Source: Camelus dromedarius (taxonomy: Eukaryota). Taken from it: 64,000 bases of DNA. Of this stretch, positions 23,156 to 34,600 are shown one piece after another. The notes below the pieces were generated by a model, which saw only the letters and a list, made by a program, of their open reading frames with translations, did no database searches and was not told the origin of the DNA. The position numbers and the translations under genes are program-made. Each line of letters opens with the position of its first letter. The first letter of the stretch is position 1. Location: positions 15,004,001 to 15,068,000 of the forward strand of contig NC_087436.1 of the NCBI RefSeq assembly GCF_036321535.1, written 5' to 3'.

Positions 23156-24883
23156 CCTATCTGAACTGAAACAATGGACTCAAACCATCTACACATAGCT
23201 GTGCAGTGGTGAAGCCCTGGGCTGGGAATCCGTGGTGCTGGCATGGGGCATGCTGGGGGCCCCCCTCACCTCTCCCCTCCTCCAGATACCTGGGTCCCTC
23301 ATTTTGCACAAGGATGTTTGTTACCCATGCAGATTACAAAATACGTTCATATCCATCGTCTAATTAAGCTCCCAAAACAACCCCTTAAGTAGGAAGAAGC
23401 CAACCAGACGAGGAAAACTGGCATCGGAGAGGTGAAGTGACCAGCTCAAGATTATCCGTTCAGGTTGCCGGGACTCAGAGCTGCGACCCTGGTCACCAAG
23501 CTTCTTTATCTCCACAGGCCATCCCCCTCTGTTGACCAGTGTCCCAGAAAGCCCAAATACAGCACAAGATGGAGGATTCATCTGACTTAATCTGGCATTT
23601 TTATGCTTTTGTGGATTTGCTTTCATAATTGTTGCTAATTTGACCTTGAGGGCAAACAAGTGGGTTCTATGAATGCACACACTACTTTTCAACACGTGGA
23701 TCCGTGTTTTCTGTTTTTCAAACTAAATGATGTGTGCTTGTTTCCTGTCACCTGTGAGATCTCCCCTGCTTTTTCAAGTGCAGAAAGCGGAAAATCTTTA
23801 AGGATTCAGCCAGTGAGTAAAAATCTTAAGAGGGGATGTAAATGGATTGGTTTGGGTATCATTTCTGTTAGGAAATTAAGGAGGTCTTAACAAGCCATGG
23901 CCTTTCAGGCAAATTTGCCAAAAGGGGCCAAAGGATTCTGGGGAATGAGCCCCACCTATCCTCTCAGCTCTAAGCCTTGAATAAGAGGACAGAGTAACCT
24001 TGTGAGCGACGTGTTCGGTCTTGACAGTCTAGAGGCAGGATAAAGGATGCTTTGGCATTTGTCTGATAGCCTCTGATTTTTTTTTTCGTTTCCTGCCTCT
24101 AAGTGCACAGAAACAGGACTTTCATTTCTTGAGAGTTAATTTCCTTCAGCAGCTTATTCTCCATTCGAAGTCACAATCCTCTTTGGGGAAGCAATTGGTT
24201 ATTGTGTAAAGGATTTTGAAGTTACATACTAAGGATTATGACTCTATTTGGTGAGTAAGAAGCAGAGTCAGGAGAACTCTTAAGCATGGAATACCCAGTT
24301 TTGATGAAAATGTTCCTACTGGTGATGAACCAGAGAAGGAACAGTCAAATCTCTGAAGCTGTTATGAGTGGGAGAATTGTAAATGAGAACTTTATCCAAA
24401 TGCAGTCCATCATTTTATCGATCAAGCATTGTGATGTATTTCTGTCCTGTGCATGGGGCACCCTGGTTATAATGGAGCTTTGCTGGTTTTATGAAACTCT
24501 CTGTTCCCATTCTTTTGGTCACAACTCACTTACCAGAAACACACTCCCTGCCTGGCCGGCCTTAGAGGTTGCAGTGGAGAACAAACGAGAGTGGGTACTT
24601 TGCCAGAAAACACTACGCATCTGCCAGGTCTCATCATCGTGGGCAGCAGCACCCCGCCCCCCACAAAACAGGAAGTCCATGGTGTGAATCATTTCCACTT
24701 ACCTGGGTGCCAGCATCTCACCAGCTTCTATGCCAGCACTGCATTCTTTAAACATGGATGCAAACCTGACTGAAACAACGCTCGTGAAATAGTAACTTAC
24801 AAAATTGAACCCTGGATGCAGGAAGGTGGGAAATTGGCAGATTTCATAATGCTGATCATTCAACGTCTTTCAATTTAATTTTT

Positions 24884-25056
24884 GTTTAAATGTTTAAAAT
24901 TTTAGTTTTAGTTGGGGGGTAGGTAATTAGGTTTATTTATTTATTTATTTATTTACTTACTTACTTATTTGTTTATTTAGTGGAGGTGCTGGGAATTGAA
25001 CCCAGGACCTCATGCATGCTGATCATGCACTCTACCCCTGAGCTATACTCTCCCCC
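24884..25056 (-). mobile_element. tRNA-Ala-derived SINE (vic-1-like)
   Basis: Full head plus aaataaacctaattacc tail on reverse strand; TSD ttaattttt at 24875-24883 and 25057-25065. Confidence 0.9.
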
Positions 25057-26494
25057 TTAATTTTTCATGTAAGCTGTAGATTTGCAACTGGTACACACTG
25101 GCCTGTGGTGCAGAAAGATAACGTTAGTTAGTTAGCCTCACACGGCTGCTCATAAGTTCTGCTGGGCCTTCCGAGAGCCGGGCTCGTCTGTTCTCAGCGG
25201 AGGGAGGTCCCTTCTCCCGTCTGGCTCTCTGAGTTAACTCACTTTGTCAAGGAGTGTGTGATGGTCCCAGAACACCCTTTCTCTGCGAGTTCATCACGAC
25301 TCCAGCCAAAAGCCATTTTGCTTATCCTCCTTGTTTTGGTTTAAAAATTGACTCTAAGGAAAAGAAGGCCAACCCCGCCCTGCAAGTGTGTGACCCCAGC
25401 AGACCCGAGCAGTCTGCACGGCCAATAACCAGCCCGACCGCGAAGCCCTGCGGTATACGACACTCCTGTTTAGGCCCATTTGCTGTGGAATGCAATCAGG
25501 TCTCCACGAGGAAAACAGGTGCACTGCCGTGCTCTTAGCATAAAGGTTGATATTTCCTCTGCTTTACAGTGAATTTTCAACCATTTCGAGTTCGTATTAG
25601 TTCGCATGCATCATTTTTCGAAGTCAGTAGCGAGTGCTCATTTATCCAAAAGCCCGTGGACAATACTCAGATGGCCGTATTTTCCCCGCATGGTGACAAG
25701 TGATGCTCTTAGTGATGCTTGCAATTACCAAGAGATCCTGTGTCCGTGGAATCACTAAGCCATGCTCGTCACAGTCTTAGGGCCAAGTTTATGATTTTGT
25801 TATAATTCATTGCAAAACTGATAACTTTTGTTAATGAATAAGTAACTCCAGGCTATATAAAATATTTACCAACGATCCTATGATCGCTTTGTCAAATAAG
25901 AAAAAAAAAACTGACATCTTTCAAAAAATAGAAGCTAGGACAGCCAACATTTCAAACAAATCACCAAAGGGTTCAGGACTTCGGTTTTTAGTAAATGTAG
26001 TCATGATGAAGTCCCAGACCCACTCGCATTCTTAAGGCAACACAGACAAGTACAAACACATCGGCTTTTCTGAGCACACAATTCAGGGTCACCAGAGGGC
26101 AGGGAACATGCCGCTGGTCTGGATGAAGAGGCTAAATGTGGCTTAGATCAGACATCTGACAAAAACACCCCAAGGAAGCACATTTTTATGAGATGTTATC
26201 CTCAATTCAGTAACCCAAGTCCCTCCTCTTTACAGAAATACTCTTTTCTCCCAGGGACAGTTCCGCAGACCAGTCTTTGTGGGGTTGTCACCACGCTGGT
26301 CTGTGGGCAGGTCCTAATGCCAGCTGGGACCCTTGGGTCTAAGATGACTTGTCAGTACTTGGGGTCCCTGGTGGTTCAGCGGCTGTCTGGGTTGCCCTAG
26401 GTAACAGAATATACCTGTTGTTTTAATTAACTATAGAATACTGGTTAAATGTATTAAGTTAGTACTTAAGTGTATTACGTGTAATACTTTGGCA

Positions 26495-26727
26495 TTAGCT
26501 AGACCAGATTTAAATTCTTTCTTTGCCATTTACCAGTTATTAAGTTATCATCATCAAATTGCAGAACTGCTCTAAATCCCCATTTTCTCATTAGTGTAAC
26601 AAGGATAATCCTGCTACCAAGACTACCTACTCACAGAGCTGCTGTGAATTAAAGGAGATGCTGTGTCTTACACCCAGGGCACAGCACCTGGCACTTAATA
26701 AGTCTTCAGTCAACAGTGACTCTTCCT
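26495..26727 (+). mobile_element. MIR
   Basis: agaccagatttaaattc...ccccattttctcatt...ctacctactcacagagctgctgtgaattaaaggagatg...cacagcacctggcacttaataag. Confidence 0.7.
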
Positions 26728-27039
26728 TGGCTATCATTAAAAAGTCCACAAATGATAAATGCCGGAGAGGGTGAAGAGAAAAGGGAACCCTCCTACACTG
26801 CTGGTGGGAATGTAGTTTGGTGCAGCCACTATAGAAAACAGTACGGAGATTCCTTAAAAAACTGAAAATAGACTTACTGTATGATCCAGCAATCTCACTC
26901 CTGGGCATATATTTGGAGGAAACGCTAATTCAAAATGATACAAGCACCCGAATGTTCATAGAAGCACTACTTACAATTGCCAAGACATGGAAACAACCTA
27001 AATGTCCATCGACAGATGACTGGATAAAGAAGATGTGAG

Positions 27040-27092
<53 letters not shown>

Positions 27093-27542
27093 GGAATACT
27101 ACTCAGCCATAAAAAGAATAAAATAATGCCATTTGCAGCAACATGGATGGACCTGGAGATCATCATACTAAGTGAAGTCAGCCAGAAGGAGAAAAAAATA
27201 CCATATGATATCGCTTATATGTGGAATCTAAGGAAAAGAAGGACTCAAATGAACTTATTTACGAAACAGAGACAGACTCATAGACATAGAGAACAAACTT
27301 ACAGTTACCAGGGAAGAAAAGGTGTAGAGAGGGAGAATTTAGGCGTTCAGGATTTGTAGATGCTAACAACTATATATAAAATAGATAAACAAGGTCCTAC
27401 TATATAGCATAGGAAACTATATTTAATACCTTGTAATGGCCTATAATGAAAAAGAATATGTATACATATGTATAAATGAATCCCTATGCTGTACACCAGA
27501 AATTAATACAACTTTGTAAATCGACTATACTTCAATTAAAAA
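26728..27542 (+). mobile_element. 5'-truncated L1 (ORF2 C-terminus and 3' UTR) with internal (CA)n
   Basis: ggctatcattaaaaagtccacaaatg...gggaaccctcctacactgctggtgggaatgtag...gactatacttcaattaaaaa; (CA)n at about 27043-27090. Confidence 0.95.
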
Positions 27543-28123
27543 GAAGAGTCACTATTCTCTTTATCTGGCAACCTTCTACAATTGTAACATATATATACAT
27601 GCAGGCTTCCATTATCCTTATTGATTTAATAACCTAAAATCATTCTCACTCATTATTATAATAGCAATCATTATCGCAATTACTGTTTGTTCATGACACT
27701 TCACATTATTATAATTATTATTTTTATCCTGCTCTCACAAATGTCATCAATAACTACCAGCCATTAGTTGTCATTAATAATTAGCAACTCCATGACATCC
27801 CACTCCAGTGCTCAGGATAAGTGAGGGTTTGTTTTATAGTACTGAGGGTCTGCCCAAAGTGAAGGATTTGTCTCCATTGAACAAAAACTATCCTGCAGAA
27901 CATCTGAGGTGAGTTTGGTTTCTGCTCTAAACTAAACTCAAGTAACTGACTAAATTTGATGTCTGACCTAAACCATCTGAAAAGACCATGTTCTGAAGGA
28001 AAACACTTGAAGGCTAGGAAGTGTGTGTGAAATCATGCGCACTGGGCAGGAATATCCCAGAGGAAATGACTGAGTTAGTCGGTTAGTTAGCTAGTTTGTT
28101 TGCTTGTTTAAAAGTTACACAAA

Positions 28124-28306
28124 GGGGGAGGGTAAAGCTCAGTGGTAGAGCACATACTTAGTGTGCACAAGGTCTTGGGTTCAATCCCCAGTGCCTCCAT
28201 TAAATAAGTAAATAAACCAAATTACCTCCCCCACAAAGGAAAAAAAAAACCAAAAAAGAAGAAAAAATCAACAAAAAAGAAAAAAGCCAACAAAAAAGAA
28301 AAAAAA
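28124..28306 (+). mobile_element. tRNA-Ala-derived SINE (vic-1-like)
   Basis: gggggagggtaaagctcagtggtagagc...gggttcaatccccagtgcctcc; long A-rich tail; TSD aaaagttacacaaa (28110-28123) / aaaggctacacaaa (28307-28320). Confidence 0.9.
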
Positions 28307-29199
28307 AAAGGCTACACAAACTATCAGCTCACTTTAGTAAACTCACCGTCGTGAACACATGCGTGTATAGATATATGTAAACGAAATCTCATTTACTTCC
28401 AGACTTTCCCAAATGTTTTTGTTTGCTGGGATTTTGCTAATGTTAAAAATACAGTATACAGGACAGAAGTCAGATCGTGAGACTATGGCGTCTAAGGAAA
28501 TAAACCTTGGTGAGATGTGGTTTCCCCTGAGCCGTGAGATGATGGGTCGTTAAGAGTGACAAACGAGCTGAGGAAGGAGTATCATCGCATCCTGGATTCT
28601 AAACTTTTGATTTCTTTCCTCCATGTGTCGCAGGCTACTTTCGTTCACCACCAAGATGAAGAGACTGCAAATCAGGAGAGCCTCAAGGAGAAGCAGGGTG
28701 GCCCTCCTCGCTCCTCTCTTTGAGGAGGTGCGCTAAGTCAGCGGGGCCAGTGCCACGTGCACAAAGGCTGTTGGAGCCGTCCCTGAAATGATTTTTCTGC
28801 TCGGGCGATGTATCGACTCTTAATGTGTTCCTTGAAGAGTAAGACTACAGACCTCTCAAGGTCAAGGACAAAATGGTACTCACTTGGTACCTCCAGCATT
28901 TTTCCCAGGACCTGGTGTGCAGATGGTGCCCTATAAAGATTCTTGAATAAAAAGAGGGATGTGCAGATACATCCAAAATTCAGAGGGATGGACGTGAAGC
29001 CAGCAGGACTGGGGTGAGAAATGGCTGTGATCTGGGCTCTTTCTGTCCCACCAAACAGATTCAAGTCCCCTTGGATCATCTTGACCTTTTTCTGCTTGCA
29101 TTTCTGTATGGTAGAGAGGTTTTAGTTGAACCATGTGAAATTCCATCTGTGTTGGTCAAAAATGTACAATTACCAACAATTTAAGTTCCAACGGACGAG

Positions 29200-29400
29200 T
29201 AGGCGGAGGGGTTAAGAGCACTTAATTTGCCAGGCAGAGATGTGAATTTGAATTCTGACCTCTGCTTAGCACTTGTGTGACCTTAGAAAAGTTATGTAAC
29301 ACTTCCGAGCTTTCATCTCTTCGTAGAACTGGGGATGACAAAACCTCTATGGTTGTAAAGATTGAAATCAGGTCGTACGCGTTGACCATGTTCTCCAAGG
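29200..29400 (+). mobile_element. MIR
   Basis: ggttaagagcac...tttgaattctgacctctgctt...tgtgtgaccttagaaaagttatgtaac. Confidence 0.7.
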
Positions 29401-31807
29401 TTTGGATACTCTGCTCTTTTCTATCTGCCTCTATAGCCTTCAGGGTAGGCTGTCTTTCCTCATCACCTCCCCCACCTCCCCACCCCTATCCCTCCCCGCC
29501 ACTACCCTCCTCCCCCCTCACCCCCATCCTCCTCCCCCTCCCCCACAGGGAACTTTCCGCCTCACTCAAGTCATTATACTGTTTGCCATTTTCAAACAAG
29601 ATTGAAATCGAGGCTTAAAAACAAGACATTCAGTTGTGCTTTTTCCCTATTCAAATCAGAGATTTCAATGCATGCAGAAAACATTTTTTTTGTTTAATTA
29701 TTCAAACTAATGGGTTTTATTGTAATGAGATTTTTAAAAAACCATTATGATGGGCCAAGGGCTGAGGCTTAAAATATTTTCATTTACTGATATGTTCTGC
29801 TTTAATGAAACCCAATATGTAAAAATCTAAACTTAGGTAAATTGGAAGCTTTGTCTACATTTCTATTGTTGACATTACAAAAGAGGTATTCTGCCTTACA
29901 AAGCATTTATTCCAGTGTTCCTTTCAATAGTGAGATCCCTATGGTGCACTTAGAACACAACCTGAATTACTACCGTGTTATTTACACACAGGTGTTTGGT
30001 AAGCAAGGTTCACCCTGGGGAGAGTAGTGGGCTGTGGTAGGAATGGCTCTGAATTCCATAATCAGTCAGGGAAGGGGAATTGAGAGAAGAGATTTTGAGT
30101 GACATCCTCAGCAGAAGGGAAGAAGGGTTCGACATTAGACTTTCAGGGCTCCTATCTCATCTTGATGTGAAGGCGTCTGTCAAATGTGCCATTATATCCC
30201 GTTAGCTAAAACTGAGTGGTGTTAGCGATTAAAAAATGGAACACGAATCAGAAGCTGTGTTTTCTGTTTCTGTCTCTTCTAGCTTCAGACTAGATACCCT
30301 TGACATGTTCACTCTCAGGCTAGTTTCCCATTTACAGAGCAATTATTTCCATCCTAGGGGATGCAGTAAAGCCTTGTTAATGTTTTTAATAGCCTGTGGA
30401 CCCTTCAGACTGAAGATCTGGCCTCTTTCCACACCACTTTTCTTGACCTTAGACAATAAAATAAATGGTCGTAGAAGCCAAATCATCAGTTAAGCAATTA
30501 AGAAAAACCATGTCATCCAAACTGTACCTAAAACCTTTCTTGAACAGCCTCATTAAATAAAACTAAAATCTGTTAAATGGATGCAACCTTTAATGAAGCT
30601 ATTGGGTGAGCTTTTTTATTCAAAAGAATTAGTTAAATAGATTTCAGCAAATCAAGGCCAGCTTGTGTCGCCAGTGGAAAGACAGAAAGAGCCTCGTTGT
30701 ATAGAAGCGGGCAAAATCATGAATCTATCTCACAAACTACATTGTGAGAGATTGAAAGAAGCATTTTGATATTTTAGACCTATGGTCTTTGAAAGTAAAC
30801 ACCAATTCTGGAATTATGGTAGAATCAGATCCTGAGTACCATCATTTAAACATAACTCTTTGCTTATCTCTTAAGGGAAAGCTAACTATCTTTAACAAGA
30901 AGAAACAAAAGGAGATGCAGTAGATGTGTTTTCAAAGGAAAACAAAAGAAACCAACTTGATGAATTAAAAATAAGGCTTAAGTCTGTAAGTTTTCTCTCT
31001 TCCTTTTGTTAACAAAAGTAGGATTCAATCATTTTTTCCTACTTTCTAAATGCAATATAAAACCAGTCTCCACAGGACCTAGAATAGAGCCTAGAACACA
31101 GTAGCCACTTAATAAATGAGTTAGTTGGCATTCCAGAGGTGTCCTTCTCTTTAGGGACAGGGTAGGGGTGGTGAATTATGAAGGCAGGACTCAGAAGTGG
31201 GGACCAAGCCCTTTTTGGAGATGCAACCACACTTTTGGTGAGCACTGGAGGTGAGCCGAGAGACAGATCCCAGCCTCTGTACCCCAATTGGAAACAGCCA
31301 CCTATGGGAGGGGTATTCCTGAGATGGGTACTGGTTAAAGTAGGATTTCAAGTCCCAGAGAGAATGGACGAAGAGGTACAGAAATGAGGAGGGAGGCACA
31401 AGGTCACAGCTAGACTAGAAGGCAGCAAACCCGATGCCAAGTCCTGATGCTTGAGGTCCAGATCTGCTGTGGGAACTCACATCAGATTGAACCTGAAGAT
31501 AGGACACCACTCTTCCTAGCTGTGGGACGAGAGCTTACACAAACACCAAGGCTGAGAAATAGATGATGTCATGAAATTAGTATGTTTACAGTTTCCTTGG
31601 TGCTAAAAGAAACAGGAAAAGCTTTAAAATCTATGATCTGCTAACATCTCACAGGATGCTACTGACTTACATATCAGAAAAGAAACAATTATGGATAAGG
31701 ATTGTTTGAATTAAGGCTTCCTCAAAGTATTCAATTAATACTGGTCCCAGAAATCATCTAGAACAGATACCTTGTTTTTCCCTTTAATGACGATATCCCT
31801 CCCCGCT

Positions 31808-32210
31808 CTGTTTCAGGAAGGTGTGAAACAAATGGCAACCTGAAGCTAGATAATTCAGAGAGAGTTTAATAAAGGAACCATTTACAAAGGTGTGGGCTGA
31901 TTTAGGAAACCAACAGGAATAGTGCTGGACCCCAGGTGATCAATAGTGGGGAGCCATTCCACCCTCAGTTATGAAGAGCAGTGTCTGGAGAGCGTTCCCC
32001 ACTGGTCTTTATAGAGAAACACAGCAGGTGGGAAGCTGGGGAAATAAACACTTCAACCGCCCTGTCCCCTCTTCCATCATCTCCTGCCTCACCTCGCACT
32101 GGCTGAACCCAACCAAAAGCCAGAGGGCACACAGACCAGCTTCCAGGGCAGAGGAGGATGGAGGAGGGTAGAGAGTGGACGAGGAGGGTGCAAATGGAAG
32201 CATGTCTTCA
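31808..32210 (-). mobile_element. LTR33-like ERVL solo LTR
   Basis: gagagtttaataaaggaaccatttacaaaggtgtggg...cactggctgaacccaaccaaaagccagagggca. Confidence 0.65.
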
Positions 32211-32460
32211 TAGGAAAGTTAATTCATATTGAGAAAACGGTACCTCAAAGACATTGTTGGTACATTTCATAAAAGTACCCAATCAACAAGAATCTTTGGT
32301 CAGACTGTGGACTTCCTGACCGCAGGAACTGTTTGTTCTTTAACCTTCACGACTAGCACTGTTCCTGGCACTTAATACGTGTTCAATAACTATTTGTCGA
32401 ATGACTAAATACATGAATAAATTAATGAAAGAAGTATGTTCTGGTTTATGTAATTTTCTT

Positions 32461-32661
32461 TTTCTTTTCTTTTCTTTTAATTAAAATTTTTTTTTTTTTT
32501 TACTAAAGTGTAGTTGATTTACCATGTTAGTTTCAGGTGTACAGCAAAGTGATCCTGTTATGCATATACATACATTGATACTTTCTCTTTTCAGATTCTT
32601 TTCCACTATATGTTATTATAAGAAACTGAATATAATTCCCTGTACTATATAGTAGGTCCTT
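32461..32661 (-). mobile_element. Short 5'-truncated L1 3' end
   Basis: Poly-T then tagttgatttaccatgttagtttcaggtgtacagcaaagtgat; 19-bp TSD tggtttat(g/a)ta(a/g)ttttctt at 32442-32460 and 32662-32680. Confidence 0.9.
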
Positions 32662-34069
32662 TGGTTTATATAGTTTTCTTGTCAAAGGAAGCACTGTTCA
32701 AAAAGAAAAGCAGTCACAGAAAACCTCTTTGATCTTCTACCCCCATGACTGAAAATTCTTTCTAAAGCGTAACGTTGGCTGTTCCCACACTTCTAAGAGG
32801 GATCTATGTAGCAGGAAGGAATAGTTCTTTGATGACTGAGAATCTGGCAACACTCAGGCTGTCATTCTCAACTCCAGGTGTGGGCAGCAGGGCTGACTTT
32901 CAAGACATCCAAAGTTTTTAAAAAACAAATAAACATGTAGGAATTGCCATAGCAGATCGGACTGTGGTTTATCCTGCCAGGAAGTCTCTGCTAAGGCTAA
33001 ATGTCCCGCATTTTTCCTGAAGTGTGACCTGATTGATTTAGAAATGGGTTAATTAGGGTCCAGAGAGTAGAGATTTTACTTCTTCATTTAAAAAAACCTT
33101 TTTTTTTTCTGCCATTCTCATATTGTAACTTCTCTTCAGGTGCTTTCCCAATTTCCCCAAATGATTCAACTGTCTTTATTAAGTCTCTGGACTTTTTTTT
33201 TTCTATTGCCCTTCAAAAGATTTTATTTTTTACTCTTTTACATCAGCCTGGTAAGGGTTAAGTACCTGATTTCTTCTTTCAAATATTTCTTTAGATAAAT
33301 CATTGCAACCATCTCTTAAACTTTGTGTATAATCCAAGTTCCCTGGTAATGTTGTCAGTGTGATTGCTCTTTGACCAAATCCTCCCAGCCTCTCCTAATC
33401 TTAAAAAGCATGAGAACCATTGGCCTGCCCACCTTTGGTGCTCTGGGACAGTCTGGTCTGGGGTCTGTCATAGGTACAGTTTGGTCAAAGATCACTGATG
33501 TCCACAACCTAGAAAGAGGGTTGTAACTCACTTATGTGGACTTTCCCTGGATAATTCTGTTTATTCCAGAGTAATTTCCTGGCAATGGTCTCTGGTAATT
33601 TCCTGTGATCCAGAGCTTTTGTCCCTGCAGAAATCTGACTCTTTGCACTGATTCTGTTCTGTTTCCAAAGTAGCAAATCATCCCAGACACATGGAAACTC
33701 CTGCCTTACAGGACTCGTGGTATCCTCTTCCATCAACCTCTTCCAGGGCTTCCTAAAAGGAAACCTGTTCCCCATTCCTTATACCAGACTTTGAAGTCAC
33801 TTCTTTTTGGGGTCACTGCTTCATGAGAGAGCCTGCATAGACCCAGAGATTGACCAGATCTCTCCTTAGCCTTCTTGGGAGAAGTGAAGACCACAGACCT
33901 TTCATCCTGCCTTTCAGCCTGCACCCCTCTTCTTCCCAACCCCACTTTTCCTCTCCCACCACCCCAAAACCATCTTTGCGGCTTACCTCTGAACTCTCTA
34001 CAAGTCCTCCAACGCCCTCCTTAGTTTAGTCCTCACTTCTTGAAGTGGCAGATTAGATAATGAGGATAA

Positions 34070-34600
34070 CATTTATTTTTAAAATAAAATTTAAATTATG
34101 CTGTATAATATATACATAAAGATAATATATATATGGAGATAAATATAAGCCAAAAGTGTAAAAATACAAAATAGATAAGCCAAAAAAACCTAAAAGATAA
34201 AAACCATCTCTAATCCTCTCATTCAGAGAAAACAAAGGTTTATATCTAATGTCTATACTAACAGTCTTTAGGGGAAAAGACATTGACTGTGTTTTTAATA
34301 AAATGAGACAATACTATTTATAACTCTCTTTTTATCTCTGCTAAATAATACATTAGGGATATTTTTCCATGTCATCAATCTTTAACGTCATTGGAACTGA
34401 CTGCATAATATTCCACTTCATCAATGTTCATAATTTATTCAACAAATGTCTTCTTGTTTCCAATTTTCCTCGCATTGCTGATGCTCCAATGGTCACCTTT
34501 ATGCTTAAATATCTGCACAAACCAAGAGGAAGAAGTGACTCTGGTGGAACTACTGGATCAAAAAGCATGCAAAACTTGGAGGATTTTGATACAACTCAGC
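34070..34600 (-). mobile_element. Old L1 (L1ME-like) fragment
   Basis: actgactgcataatattccac...cataatttattcaacaaa...gtttccaatttt...gtggaactactggatcaaaaagcatgc. Confidence 0.6.
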
